This document shows, piece after piece, positions 9,179-19,751 of a DNA stretch of 64,000 nt. How positions within the stretch are numbered: the first letter of the stretch is position 1; each line of letters opens with the position of its first letter. The notes beneath the pieces are model-generated. The model saw only the letters and a list, made by a program, of their open reading frames with translations, ran no database searches and was not told where the DNA came from. The stretch covers positions 62,001 through 126,000 of the forward strand of contig JBDRRP010000071.1 of assembly GCA_043825735.1 (NCBI GenBank), written 5' to 3'. Position numbers and translations under genes: made by a program. The stretch comes from Pseudomonadota bacterium (GTDB lineage Bacteria > Desulfobacterota > Desulfobacteria > Desulfobacterales > JBDRRP01).

Positions 9179-11497
9179 ATGAAATCGTCGTTTTTCCGTT
9201 ACGCCGGCCATGCCAGAGTTCTGTTGGAAAACAAGGTGAAATGGGCATGCCAGCGGGAAATAGACCGGTTCAGGCCGACGTATGAGCGTTCAGCGGCGCA
9301 GTCTACTGCGGAACTGGAAAGCTACCTCACACCCATTCCGTTGCCCAAACTGAAACCGCTGGCAAGGCAGATTGCCGCCGTGACCCGCCATTTCATCAAC
9401 CATCGCTTCGACCTTCTGGGGTCGGGCTGGGTGACGGTCAGGCACGGCATGACCTGTGCCGGGGTGGAAGGGCAGTGCTACAGCCCGGGGCCGGAAGTCA
9501 CCGCCGACCCCCAGGGGCATTGGCTCGCGGGCAGGCTGCCAAAAGCGAATCTTTCCTATGCTCAAACGGTCTGGCAGGCCATCGGCGCCGGTGATGCGCA
9601 AGACCCGCCGGCCAGCGCATATGCCCCCATTGACTGGCAGATCGATTTTAAGTCCGGTTATCGCTGGTCGGAAAAGACCTGGTACAAAGACATCGTCTTC
9701 GGGCGGCATGCCGGTGTTGACATCAAAGTGCCCTGGGAACTGGCCCGGTCTCAGCACATGGTGCAGTTCGCACTGGCGTACACACTGGCAGCGCACGGTT
9801 CAGCATCCGGAAGGCAACCAGACGGCAGGGATACCAACCCTGATCATTTCGAACCACAATTGCAACAGGCCAGCGTTTATCAATCCGAATTTAGAAGACA
9901 AGTCCTCGATTTTATCGCAACCAACCCCCCCCGGTACGGGGTGAACTGGAATTGCGCCATGGATGTCGCCATCCGGGCCGTCAACTGGCTGGTGACATTG
10001 GATCTTTTCCAATCCTGCGGCGCGTGGTTCGACGCCGACTTTCTGACCATTTTCAATCGAAGCATTTACGACCACGGCCAGCACATTTTCAATAACCTGG
10101 AATGGTATCCGGATTTTCGGGGGAACCATTATCTTGCCAATATCGCCGGGCTTCTGTATGTCGGGGCCTACCTAAAAGGAAACGGCGAGACGGATGCATG
10201 GCTTGCATTCGCTGTGCAGGAATGGCTGAAAGAGCGCGACTACCAGTTCAACCCGGATGGATCGAATTTCGAAGGCGCCACGGCCTACCATCGCTTGTCG
10301 TCTGAAATGATGGTCTATTCAGCGGCCCTGATACTGGGTCTGACCGACGCCAAAAAGAAGGCGCTGAAGGTCTGCAAGCCGTTACGGCGGCATCGGAGGC
10401 CAGGACTTGAATCGGCACCGCTACGGTTTTTCAAATTCCCCGGAAGAGATCGGGAGTCGCCGCTACCACCCGATTTTTTTGAGGGGTTGCAAAGGGCCGC
10501 CGGGTTTACCCAGGACATTACAAAACCCAACCGACACATTGTTCAGATCGGAGACAACGACAGTGGCCGTTTTTTAAAGCTTCAACCGGTTTTCCATGAG
10601 ATCAAAGTCAGTGACGCCGTTGCGAAATACAAAAACCTTGCCGGGTATGAGGGATTGAGCCCGGATGAAATCTATTGGGATGAAGTACACCTGGACCACA
10701 GGCACCTTGTTGCGGCCATCAACGGGCTTACCCCCCGGCCCGCGTTTTCTGAATTTACCGGGGACCAGTGGATTGAAACAGGCCTGATCCGAACCCTCGC
10801 GTTCGGGAACCATTTAATTGGCGGTTCCGAGACAACCGACGGGAATGACCGGTCTGATCGGTACATCGGCACGGATTCAGACTGGGACCAATTCCACACC
10901 GAAGTAAATGGGTGGCCTAACCTTTCCATACAGCAATACCATATCCCGTTTGGCAAGGGTGACGCCCTTGATGGGCTGCGCTGTCGGAGTTATCCTGACT
11001 TCGGCCTCTACATTGTTATGAATGAGGCAATTTATATCGCCATGCGCTGCGGGCCTGTCGGTTATCACGGGCTCGGCTGCCATTCGCACAATGACCAGTT
11101 ATCCCTGGAAGTATTCCTGGACGGCAAAGAGGTTATCGTCGATCCTGGGACATATCTCTACACCCCACTGCCAGAACAGCGGAATCGGTACCGGTCGGTC
11201 CATGCCCACTGTGCGCCGGCACCTCTACGGGAACGGGAACCGGCATCTCTGGAGCAGGATTTGTTTTTGTTAAAGGGTGCGGCGGCAGGGCGTTGTATCT
11301 ATTTTGGCCCCAAAGGGTTCATCGGCATGCACAACGGATATGGTCAGCCGGTGTACCGGGTTGTCGGGTTACGGACCGATGGTGTTGCCATCACGGATTA
11401 TTCACAGTACTTGGCATTGACCCGAGACGCTGCGCTTGAAACCGGCCATTCGGTGAAAATACCTTACTCGCCCGGTTATGGCATTTGTCAAAACTGA
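9179..11497 (+). CDS. Heparinase II/III-like (alginate lyase superfamily) protein
   Basis: DIKVPWELAR, NHYLAN, FEGATAYH, GDNDSG, HSHNDQLS, VDPGTYLY. Confidence 0.85.
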   Translation: MKSSFFRYAGHARVLLENKVKWACQREIDRFRPTYERSAAQSTAELESYLTPIPLPKLKPLARQIAAVTRHFINHRFDLLGSGWVTVRHGMTCAGVEGQCYSPGPEVTADPQGHWLAGRLPKANLSYAQTVWQAIGAGDAQDPPASAYAPIDWQIDFKSGYRWSEKTWYKDIVFGRHAGVDIKVPWELARSQHMVQFALAYTLAAHGSASGRQPDGRDTNPDHFEPQLQQASVYQSEFRRQVLDFIATNPPRYGVNWNCAMDVAIRAVNWLVTLDLFQSCGAWFDADFLTIFNRSIYDHGQHIFNNLEWYPDFRGNHYLANIAGLLYVGAYLKGNGETDAWLAFAVQEWLKERDYQFNPDGSNFEGATAYHRLSSEMMVYSAALILGLTDAKKKALKVCKPLRRHRRPGLESAPLRFFKFPGRDRESPLPPDFFEGLQRAAGFTQDITKPNRHIVQIGDNDSGRFLKLQPVFHEIKVSDAVAKYKNLAGYEGLSPDEIYWDEVHLDHRHLVAAINGLTPRPAFSEFTGDQWIETGLIRTLAFGNHLIGGSETTDGNDRSDRYIGTDSDWDQFHTEVNGWPNLSIQQYHIPFGKGDALDGLRCRSYPDFGLYIVMNEAIYIAMRCGPVGYHGLGCHSHNDQLSLEVFLDGKEVIVDPGTYLYTPLPEQRNRYRSVHAHCAPAPLREREPASLEQDLFLLKGAAAGRCIYFGPKGFIGMHNGYGQPVYRVVGLRTDGVAITDYSQYLALTRDAALETGHSVKIPYSPGYGICQN

Positions 11498-11564
11498 TCA
11501 CGGCAGACGATAGAACGGCGGTTCCCGAACCCAAAATCGTTTCCGGTTGCGGGTTTCAACAACC

Positions 11565-12902
11565 ATGAAGATACTGATCATCACATACTACTATGCCCCG
11601 AGCGTCACCCCCAGAGCGCTGCGGTGGTCGGCGATTGCCGGGTACCTGAAAAAACTGGGACACCGGGTCGATGTGGTGTGCGCGAAAACCACTAATGGGA
11701 CCGATGCCGGCATCGATGATGGCGTCAACGTCAATGAGACCAGCGGTGGTATCCTTGATGGTTTCAAAAGCACCCTTCTGAAAAAACAAGCGGCTAATTC
11801 TCGGCGGTCTGGTGGCAGAAACACGGCTGGCGGGGAGAAAATCCGGTTTTCAACAAAGGGTCTCATTAAAAATGTCTATGATCTAACCTGGAAAAAAATA
11901 TACTGGCCTGATTTTGCCTGTCTGTGGTTCTTCCCGGCGATCACGGCAGCTAAAAAGCTGCTGCAAACGAAAGACTACGATTGCCTGATCACCGTTTCCC
12001 ATCCGTTTACTTGCCATATGGTGGGCCATTGGTTGCGGCGCAGGCATGCGATCCCCTGTTGGATCGTAGATATCGGTGACCCTTTTTGTTTTGTGGAGAC
12101 AACCCCCCTGAACAACCCGAAGCTGTATCCTCGCATCAATGCACGGGTTGAACGGAAGGTATTTGCCGCGGCCGACACTGTCTCCGTCACCACGGATGGG
12201 ACGGCCGCGATATACGCCACATTGTTTCCGGAGAGCCGATCCAAAATCAAGGTGATCCCCCCGGTCTACAGCCTGGACACATCCGCAATCAGTCGAAATC
12301 CACCGTTCAAACGTGATCCGGGGAAAATCGTGTTGCTGTATGTCGGCACCCTGTATAGCGGTATTCGAAGCCCCCGTTTTCTTCTGGAAGTTTTTGATGC
12401 ATTGCCGCCGCCACGTGACGGCAGACGCGTGGAGCTCCACTTCATCGGGCTGGTCCATGACTGCCATGCGGCCTTTCAGTCTTACGTGAAACGGATTGGC
12501 AAAACCCTGTTTCTCCATGGCGAAATTGCCCGTGAAGCGGTTGCGCCCGTCCTGAGAGAAGCCGATATTCTGATTAATATCGGTAATTTGACATCATATC
12601 AGCTTCCCAGCAAGCTGGTCGAATATGTCAGTTTGGGCAAACCGATCCTCAATTTGCACAAGCATCCGCAAGACACGTCTCTGTCTTTTCTAAAAGGATA
12701 TCCTGCCGCCCTGAACATGTTGGAGACAACCGATCCAACGCTGGCGGCCGGGTTGCTGAATGACTTCATCAATGATGCCGACGATCTCTGTGAAAGCGCG
12801 CTTGCCACTTGGCGCGCCCCCTTTACCGTCGAGAAGATCACCGGAGTCTACCTGAACATGGCCGCCGGTACACTCGGTGGCACCGGGATCTGCAACGGTT
12901 AG
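11565..12902 (+). CDS. Glycosyltransferase family 4
   Basis: MKILIITYYYAP start, LYVGTLY, PSKLVEY...GKPIL. Confidence 0.85.
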   Translation: MKILIITYYYAPSVTPRALRWSAIAGYLKKLGHRVDVVCAKTTNGTDAGIDDGVNVNETSGGILDGFKSTLLKKQAANSRRSGGRNTAGGEKIRFSTKGLIKNVYDLTWKKIYWPDFACLWFFPAITAAKKLLQTKDYDCLITVSHPFTCHMVGHWLRRRHAIPCWIVDIGDPFCFVETTPLNNPKLYPRINARVERKVFAAADTVSVTTDGTAAIYATLFPESRSKIKVIPPVYSLDTSAISRNPPFKRDPGKIVLLYVGTLYSGIRSPRFLLEVFDALPPPRDGRRVELHFIGLVHDCHAAFQSYVKRIGKTLFLHGEIAREAVAPVLREADILINIGNLTSYQLPSKLVEYVSLGKPILNLHKHPQDTSLSFLKGYPAALNMLETTDPTLAAGLLNDFINDADDLCESALATWRAPFTVEKITGVYLNMAAGTLGGTGICNG

Positions 12903-12940
12903 CATCCACTGGCCTTTCGCCATGGTTTGATACGCCGCCC

Positions 12941-14071
12941 ATGAGAATTCTGAATGTTAATATGTCCATTGACCCGGTGACCGGCGGCGGCACCGCCGAA
13001 CGGGCGGTCAAGATCGCCCAGTACCTCGCCCGTTCCGGGGTCGCCGCGTCCCTGCTCACCTCAGAGCTGGGCGTCACCGACGAGATGCGCCAGCATCTGC
13101 GAGATGTGGACATTTGCGCCCTGAAGAGTCTGAACAATCGGTTCCACGTTCCCCGGTTCGGGTTCGACCGCATCGCGCGACTGGTCGCAAGTGCCGACGT
13201 CGTTCACCTGATGAACCATTGGACGCTGATCAATGCCGCTGTTTACCGGGCCTGCCGCAAGCAGGACAAACCCTACGTCTTTTGCCCCGCCGGCGCGCTG
13301 TCATACTTCGGCAGGTCGATACCGCTGAAAAAAGCCTATAATCTTGTGGTGGGCAACCGGATTGTAAGGGATGCGACGCGCCATATCGCCATACCGGCAG
13401 ATGAGGCGCAACAGTTTTTAGCCTATGGCATCGATCCGCAAACGGTGGACATTATTCCCAACGGGATCGACCAAAATGACTTCTGCGCAATGGATGACGA
13501 CTATTTCCGCAGAAAGTATGCTTTGGGCGAGGACCCCTTCATTCTCTTCCTGGGTCGATTGAATCCCATTAAGGGCCCCGATCTTTTGCTGGATGCCTTT
13601 ATCGACCATCACAGGGATTTTCCGGAATATCGGCTGGTGTTTGCTGGACCGGATGGCGGGATGCGCAAGGCTATGGAGGAAAAAACAAACAGGTGCAACC
13701 TTGCCGATCGGGTCCGTTTCACCGGGTATATCGGCGGCGACGATAAATCCTGTGCTTATCACGCCGCTGGTCTGCTTGTTATCCCTTCACGGCAGGAAGC
13801 CATGTCCATTGTGGCCCTGGAAGCGGGGATCAGCGGGACACCGCTACTGTTGACCGATGTCTGCGGTCTTGACCGAATCGAATCGATCGGTGGCGGTTTA
13901 TCCGTCAAACCGACCGCCCAGGATATTGGAAAAGGGCTTAAAACGCTTCTGGTTGATCGAACGGCATTGGCAAGCAAAGGCCGGGTGCTCAAGGACTATG
14001 TCGCCGCACATTATACGTGGGACGCAGTCATCAAAAAATACATTTCACTGTTCGAGGATGTCCTGCGGTGA
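12941..14071 (+). CDS. Glycosyltransferase family 4
   Basis: IIPNGID, LFLGRLNPIKG, PSRQEAMSIVALEA (EX7E). Confidence 0.9.
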   Translation: MRILNVNMSIDPVTGGGTAERAVKIAQYLARSGVAASLLTSELGVTDEMRQHLRDVDICALKSLNNRFHVPRFGFDRIARLVASADVVHLMNHWTLINAAVYRACRKQDKPYVFCPAGALSYFGRSIPLKKAYNLVVGNRIVRDATRHIAIPADEAQQFLAYGIDPQTVDIIPNGIDQNDFCAMDDDYFRRKYALGEDPFILFLGRLNPIKGPDLLLDAFIDHHRDFPEYRLVFAGPDGGMRKAMEEKTNRCNLADRVRFTGYIGGDDKSCAYHAAGLLVIPSRQEAMSIVALEAGISGTPLLLTDVCGLDRIESIGGGLSVKPTAQDIGKGLKTLLVDRTALASKGRVLKDYVAAHYTWDAVIKKYISLFEDVLR

Positions 14072-14126
14072 ATAACAACACCACATCAAAATGCCCGATT
14101 GGCGTGCTGGCACCGGATTGGCTTGT

Positions 14127-15386
14127 ATGAAACTGCTGATTGTCACGCAGTATTTCTGGCCGGAAAATTTCCCCATCAACGACCTGGTGGCTGGGTTGGT
14201 GGATCGCGGCCACAGGGTTACGGTATTCACCGGGCGGCCCAACTACCCCGGTGGCAGGCTGTTTGACGGTTATGGGCCGGTGCGCCCATGGCGTGAAACC
14301 CATGCCGGGGCATCGGTGGTGCGGGTGCCCCTGGTGCCGCGCGGTGCCGGCGGCGGGGTGCGGCTGTTTGTCAACTATTTGTCCTTTGCGGTTGCCGGCG
14401 CAGCCCTCGGACCGTTAGTCGTCCCCAAGGACATCGACGCCATTTTCGTCTACGAGCCGTCTCCTATCAGCGTTGGCATTCCCGCGATGGCCCTGAAGGC
14501 CGTCACCGGGGCTCCGGTGTTGTTCTGGCTTCAGGATTTATGGCCGGAAAGCCTTTCCGCTACCGGCGCCATTACTGCGTCGTGGGCTCTCAAAACGGTG
14601 GAAATGATGGTGCGGCTGCTGTACAAGGGGTGCGACCGCATTCTGGTCCAGTCCAGGGCCTTTATTCCGGCTGTCAGGCGACTGGGTGGGGCGCCCGACA
14701 GGATCCGGTACTTCCCCAACAACGCCGACACGCTCTACCGGCCAGTGACTGTCCGCGCCGGAGCGCCGGAGCGGCGCCTGATGCCCAACGGCTTCCGGCT
14801 CACCTTTGCCGGCAACGTGGGGGCAGCCCAGGATTTCGACACCATTATCGGTGCGGCAGAGCGGTTGCGGGACCGGGAGGACATCCACTTCGTTATCATC
14901 GGCGACGGCCGAATGCATCACCGTGTCACCCGGGCCGTGGCCCGCAAGTCACTGACCCGGACGGTTCACCTGCTGGGACGGTATCCGGCGGACCGCATGC
15001 CCACGTTTTTCGCGTTGTCTGACGCGCTGCTGGTGTCGCTGCGCAGCGATCCCATCTTCTCCATCAGCATCCCCTCCAAAGTGCAGGCATATATGGCCTG
15101 CGGTCGCCCCATCGTAGCCGCACTTGACGGGGAGGGGGCCCGCATCATAGAGACCGCAGGAGCTGGACTGGTCTGTCCGACGCAGTCCCCCGCCCGGCTT
15201 GCCGAAACGGTGCGGGCCATGGCTGGGTTGTCCGAAACGGCACGGCAGGCCATGGGGAACAACGGGCGGCGATTTTTCGAGGCAGAGTTCGAGCGCGAGA
15301 TGCTCATTGACCGGCTGGAGGGTTGGATCGGCACCCTGACGTCCGGCACCGGCCGTCAATCAAACACGGGGAAAACGTCACCATGA
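14127..15386 (+). CDS. Glycosyltransferase family 4, WbuB/WbjE-like
   Basis: TQYFWPE, PNYPGG, WLQDLWPES, FAGNVGAAQ, IPSKVQAYMACGRPI. Confidence 0.88.
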   Translation: MKLLIVTQYFWPENFPINDLVAGLVDRGHRVTVFTGRPNYPGGRLFDGYGPVRPWRETHAGASVVRVPLVPRGAGGGVRLFVNYLSFAVAGAALGPLVVPKDIDAIFVYEPSPISVGIPAMALKAVTGAPVLFWLQDLWPESLSATGAITASWALKTVEMMVRLLYKGCDRILVQSRAFIPAVRRLGGAPDRIRYFPNNADTLYRPVTVRAGAPERRLMPNGFRLTFAGNVGAAQDFDTIIGAAERLRDREDIHFVIIGDGRMHHRVTRAVARKSLTRTVHLLGRYPADRMPTFFALSDALLVSLRSDPIFSISIPSKVQAYMACGRPIVAALDGEGARIIETAGAGLVCPTQSPARLAETVRAMAGLSETARQAMGNNGRRFFEAEFEREMLIDRLEGWIGTLTSGTGRQSNTGKTSP

Positions 15387-16234
15387 AGGTACTTGTTTTG
15401 GGCGGGGACGGCATGCTGGGGCACCAACTGGTGCGCACACTGAGTCCGTCGTTCACCGTCCGGTCCACCATTCGAGACCACCGACCGGTGCTGGCGGCGG
15501 CGGATCTGCTCACCGCCGGGAACACCTACACCGGTATTGACGTGCGCTCACTCGATGCGCTGACTGCCGTTATGGACGATTTCCGGCCTGAAGTGGCGGT
15601 CAATGCCGTGGGTATCGTGAAACAGCGCCCCACCGCGGAAGCAGCCGTCCCCAGCATCGAAATCAACGCCTTGTTTCCCCACCGACTGCAGCAGGTGGCC
15701 GCAGAGCGTGGCGTGCGGGTGATCCACCTGAGCACCGATTGCGTGTTTTCAGGAAGAAAAGGCAACTATGTGGAGACCGACTTTCCAGATGCCGAAGATC
15801 TCTATGGCCGGAGCAAGCTACTGGGGGAGCTGGTTGCTGGAAACGCGTTGACACTGAGAACATCGATGATCGGCAGGGAACTCAAACGAAAAATGAGCCT
15901 GCTGGAATGGCTGCTGGCGCAGAAAGGGACCGTGTCCGGATATCGGAAGGCGGTGTTCTCCGGTCTGACGACCCCAGAATTGGCGCGGGTGATCCACCGC
16001 ATAATCGCTCAGTTTCCCGATGCAACGGGGTTGTATCATCTTGCCGCACGGCCCATCGATAAATACGATCTTTTATGCCGCATCAAAGCCCAACTGGGGC
16101 TGACCGTTAACATCGCCCCCGACGATCGGGTGGCCATCGACCGCAGCCTGGATGGCACACGGTTTCGGAAGGACTTCGGCTACGAGGCACCGTCGTGGGA
16201 CGATATGATCGCGGCGTTGACGCCCGACGGTTGA
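15383..16234 (+). CDS. RmlD-like NDP-4-keto-6-deoxy sugar reductase (SDR)
   Basis: VLGGDGMLG, STDCVFSG, YGRSK; no C-terminal cupin domain. Confidence 0.85.
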   Translation: MKVLVLGGDGMLGHQLVRTLSPSFTVRSTIRDHRPVLAAADLLTAGNTYTGIDVRSLDALTAVMDDFRPEVAVNAVGIVKQRPTAEAAVPSIEINALFPHRLQQVAAERGVRVIHLSTDCVFSGRKGNYVETDFPDAEDLYGRSKLLGELVAGNALTLRTSMIGRELKRKMSLLEWLLAQKGTVSGYRKAVFSGLTTPELARVIHRIIAQFPDATGLYHLAARPIDKYDLLCRIKAQLGLTVNIAPDDRVAIDRSLDGTRFRKDFGYEAPSWDDMIAALTPDG

Positions 16235-16373
16235 AGCGATCCGACAATCGCGCCATCCCGTGTCTCGGCGGCGGTATGGCCGTGCACTTGGAGCGGCAAA
16301 CGGGCCAACAGGGATGGACCCGCCATTGACGCGGAGGCAGGCTACCCGCATACCACAGCAGGAGAATACCGGC

Positions 16374-17438
16374 ATGTTTCAGGACAAGACCATCGTTGTC
16401 ACCGGCGGCACCGGATCCATGGGAAAGACTTTCGTCCGGCGCGTTCTTTCCGGCAGGCACGGCCTGCCGAAGAAAGTCATCGTCCTGTCCCGGGACGAAG
16501 CCAAACAGCACGAGATGCGCATGGACTACCTTCACAAACGGGTAGCCACTGATGAAGTAATCTACCGCAATTTCAACAACGTGCTGGAGTTTCGCATCGG
16601 TGACGTGAGAAACTACAGCGATGTGTGCGCCGCAATCAAAAACGCCGACATCGTGGTGAACGCTGCGGCGCTCAAACAGGTGCCCACCTGCGAGTATTTT
16701 CCCGTCCAGGCCGTGTTGACCAACTGCATGGGGGCGGCCAACATTGTGCGGGCCATTGAGGAGAACGACTATCCCGTAGACACCGTCGTTGGCGTGAGCA
16801 CTGACAAGGCCTGCAAACCCATCAATGTGATGGGGATGACCAAATCGGTGCAGGAGCGCATTTTTACCGCGGCCAACATTGCCAATCCCGGCACGCGGTT
16901 CATCTGTGTGCGCTATGGCAATGTCTTGGCGTCCCGGGGATCGGTGATCCCGCTGTTTATCAGCCAGATCCTCAATGGCGGGCCGGTGACCGTTACCGTC
17001 CCGGAAATGACGCGGTTTCTCATCAGTCTGGACGAGGCGGTGGAAACGGTGATGGCCGCCATCGAACACGCCGAACCCGGGGACACTTTCATACCGGTTG
17101 CACCATCGGCCACGGTGATGAACATCGCCCGGGCCCTGGTGGGGGGGCGGAACATTGCCATCGAGGTGACGGGTATCCGGCCGGGGGAAAAAATGCACGA
17201 AGTCCTCATCTCCGAGGAAGAGGCCCACCACAGCGCACGCGTGGGGGACTATTACACCATCCGGTCCATGCTGCCGGAACTGGCCAACGGCAAGCGCTTT
17301 GACCGGGAGGCTGCGCTTGGTGAGTACAGTTCAGGTGACGATGTCCTCGATTTCGAAGGCACTGTCGCATTGCTTCGCCGGCACAAACTCATGGTGGATG
17401 ATGTCAGCATTTCAAACACCGGTGAACTGCTTCGCTAA
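16374..17438 (+). CDS. UDP-GlcNAc 4,6-dehydratase/5-epimerase (FnlA/WbjB/CapE family)
   Basis: TGGTGSMG, SRDEAKQ, AALKQVPTCE, STDKAC, MGMTK, RYGNVLASRGSV. Confidence 0.9.
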   Translation: MFQDKTIVVTGGTGSMGKTFVRRVLSGRHGLPKKVIVLSRDEAKQHEMRMDYLHKRVATDEVIYRNFNNVLEFRIGDVRNYSDVCAAIKNADIVVNAAALKQVPTCEYFPVQAVLTNCMGAANIVRAIEENDYPVDTVVGVSTDKACKPINVMGMTKSVQERIFTAANIANPGTRFICVRYGNVLASRGSVIPLFISQILNGGPVTVTVPEMTRFLISLDEAVETVMAAIEHAEPGDTFIPVAPSATVMNIARALVGGRNIAIEVTGIRPGEKMHEVLISEEEAHHSARVGDYYTIRSMLPELANGKRFDREAALGEYSSGDDVLDFEGTVALLRRHKLMVDDVSISNTGELLR

Positions 17439-17453
17439 ACGAGGAAACCGCCC

Positions 17454-18581
17454 ATGAAGGTCATGACCGTCGTCGGGACCCGCCCGGAAATCATCAAGCT
17501 CTGCCGCGTGATCAGCGAACTGGACGCCTGCACGCAGCACATCCTGGTCCATACAGGTCAAAATTTTGATTTTGAACTGAATGAGATTTTCTTTGAGCAG
17601 TTGGGTATCCGAAAACCCGACTTTTTTCTCAATGCGGCCCGTGAGCGGACGGCCGAGACCATCGCTGCGGTGATTTTCGAATCGGACAAGCTTTTTGAGC
17701 GGGAAACCCCAGACGCACTGCTGGTGCTGGGTGATACCAACAGCTGCCTGGCCGCCTATGCTGCCAAGCGGCGAAAAATCCCCGTCTTCCACATGGAAGC
17801 GGGCAACCGGTGCTTTGACCAGCGGGTCCCCGAGGAAATCAATCGAAAAATCATTGACCATATCAGCGACATCAACATGCCCTATACCGAGCACGCCAGG
17901 CGCTATCTGATGGCCGAGGGCGTGCGGCCGGAGACCATCATCAAAACCGGTTCTCCCATGAAGGAAGTGCTCGATCACTACCTCACCCAGATAGACGACT
18001 CCCCCGTCCTCGACACGCTGGGATTGGTGCCCGGGCAGTTTTTCATCGTCAGCGCCCACCGGGAAGAAAATATCGACAGCGCGGCCAACTTCGCCGATTT
18101 GTTGGAAACCCTTGAGGCCATCACCGCCGCTCACGGTATGCCCATCATCTTTTCGACCCACCCCCGCACCCGCAAACGCCTGGAGGCGGTGGATTCCAGC
18201 ACACTGGCCAAAACGGTCCGGTTCATGAAGCCGCTCGGGTTTGCCGATTACGTCAAGCTCCAGATGAACGCCTACTGCGCCATATCCGACAGCGGAACGA
18301 TTACCGAGGAATCGTCGATCATGAACTTTCCGGCGGTCACCATCCGTCAGGCCCACGAGCGCCAGGAAGGCATGGACGAGGGGACGCTGATCATGTGCGG
18401 CCTCAAGGCGGATCGGGTGCTTGGGGCCATCGATACGGTGCGCCGGCAGTGGACGCCCGAGAAACGGCGATTTCGCCTGGTGGCGGACTACGACGTGGAC
18501 AACGTGTCCCAAAAGGTGGTGCGCATCATCCTCAGTTACACCGATACCGTGAACCGAACCGTGTGGTTTAAAAATGACTGA
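17454..18581 (+). CDS. UDP-2-acetamido-2,6-dideoxy-hexose 2-epimerase (FnlC/WbjD/CapG family)
   Basis: VGTRPEIIKL, HMEAGNRCFDQRVPEEINR, SDSGTITEE. Confidence 0.9.
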   Translation: MKVMTVVGTRPEIIKLCRVISELDACTQHILVHTGQNFDFELNEIFFEQLGIRKPDFFLNAARERTAETIAAVIFESDKLFERETPDALLVLGDTNSCLAAYAAKRRKIPVFHMEAGNRCFDQRVPEEINRKIIDHISDINMPYTEHARRYLMAEGVRPETIIKTGSPMKEVLDHYLTQIDDSPVLDTLGLVPGQFFIVSAHREENIDSAANFADLLETLEAITAAHGMPIIFSTHPRTRKRLEAVDSSTLAKTVRFMKPLGFADYVKLQMNAYCAISDSGTITEESSIMNFPAVTIRQAHERQEGMDEGTLIMCGLKADRVLGAIDTVRRQWTPEKRRFRLVADYDVDNVSQKVVRIILSYTDTVNRTVWFKND

Positions 18582-18583
18582 CG

Positions 18584-19555
18584 GTGGCGGCGATGAATGA
18601 CTTGGGCGGCGCTCGCGTCCTGGTGACCGGCGCCAGTGGGTTTGTGGGCCGGCCCCTGTGTGTGGGGCTCACTGAGGCGGGCTGCACGGTGCGTGCCGTC
18701 AGCCGCGCTCCGAGCGCCCTCGCCTGGGCAGGAGATGTGCACCCGGTGGCCGGCATCGACGGGCATACCGACTGGGACACTGCCCTTGTCGGCGTAAGCG
18801 CCGTCGTTCACCTGGCCGCGCGCGTTCATAGGCTTAGCGATGATGCACCGGATGCGGCGGCGGCCTACGAGCGGGTCAACACTGCCGGCACCCTTCGGCT
18901 AGCTGCAGCGGCTGCGGCTGCCGGCTGCCGGCGGTTCGTTTTTCTAAGTACGGTGAAAGTCCTTGGCGAGGCGGGGCGGTTTCGTGGCGAAGGGGCCGGG
19001 CAGCCCCCGGCCGATCCATACGGCCTGAGCAAATACGACGCCGAACAGGGGCTTCGCAGGATTGCTGAAACTTCCGGAATGAAAGTGGTTTGCCTACGCC
19101 CGCCGCTGGTTTACGGCCCCGGCGTCAAAGCCAATTTCCTGAGGCTCATGAACTGGGTGCATTGCGGTCTCCCGCTGCCGCTGGGAGCGGTGAAAAACCG
19201 GCGGAGTCTCGTCTATGTCGGCAATCTGGTGGATGCCATTGTCCGTTGCCTCACTGCAGATAGCGTGCCCGGTTTTGCCTACTCGGTTACGGATGGCGAT
19301 GACGTCTCAACAGCAGAACTGATCCGTCGTATCGGTCGTGCCATGGGCAAACCGGCGCGGCTCATCCGATGTCCCGTTCGGATCCTAAATTGGGGCGGCG
19401 CATTGACCGGAAAAGGCGCCGAGGTGCATCGGCTCGTGCAGGACCTGGCCGTAACGTATGATGCCTTCTGCACGGATTTCGACTGGACCCCGCCATTTAC
19501 GATGGATAAAGGGATTCAAGAAACAGTCGACTGGTATATGGATAACCGGAATTAG
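18584..19555 (+). CDS. NAD-dependent epimerase/reductase (extended SDR, WbpV-like)
   Basis: VTGASGFVG, HLAARVH, YGLSK, RPPLVYGPGVKANF. Confidence 0.85.
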   Translation: MAAMNDLGGARVLVTGASGFVGRPLCVGLTEAGCTVRAVSRAPSALAWAGDVHPVAGIDGHTDWDTALVGVSAVVHLAARVHRLSDDAPDAAAAYERVNTAGTLRLAAAAAAAGCRRFVFLSTVKVLGEAGRFRGEGAGQPPADPYGLSKYDAEQGLRRIAETSGMKVVCLRPPLVYGPGVKANFLRLMNWVHCGLPLPLGAVKNRRSLVYVGNLVDAIVRCLTADSVPGFAYSVTDGDDVSTAELIRRIGRAMGKPARLIRCPVRILNWGGALTGKGAEVHRLVQDLAVTYDAFCTDFDWTPPFTMDKGIQETVDWYMDNRN

Positions 19556-19579
19556 TATCCAAGGATACTGGAAGTATTG

Positions 19580-19615
19580 AACGGCCATGGGGAGAATTCC
19601 CATGGCCGTTTTTTT
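19580..19615 (+). terminator. Intrinsic terminator ending the polysaccharide cluster
   Basis: 12-bp perfect stem AACGGCCATGGG/CCCATGGCCGTT followed by a T run. Confidence 0.8.
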
Positions 19616-19751
19616 ATAGTAAATGTCATAAATAATCTTTTTGTGCGGTTCCCATCACTTAACGACTATTTCGCATTGAAATGATGAATAGCCTCGACTA
19701 TTATGCAAAATACTGAATTATAGCATGATGTAAATATTAGAGGCACATGTC

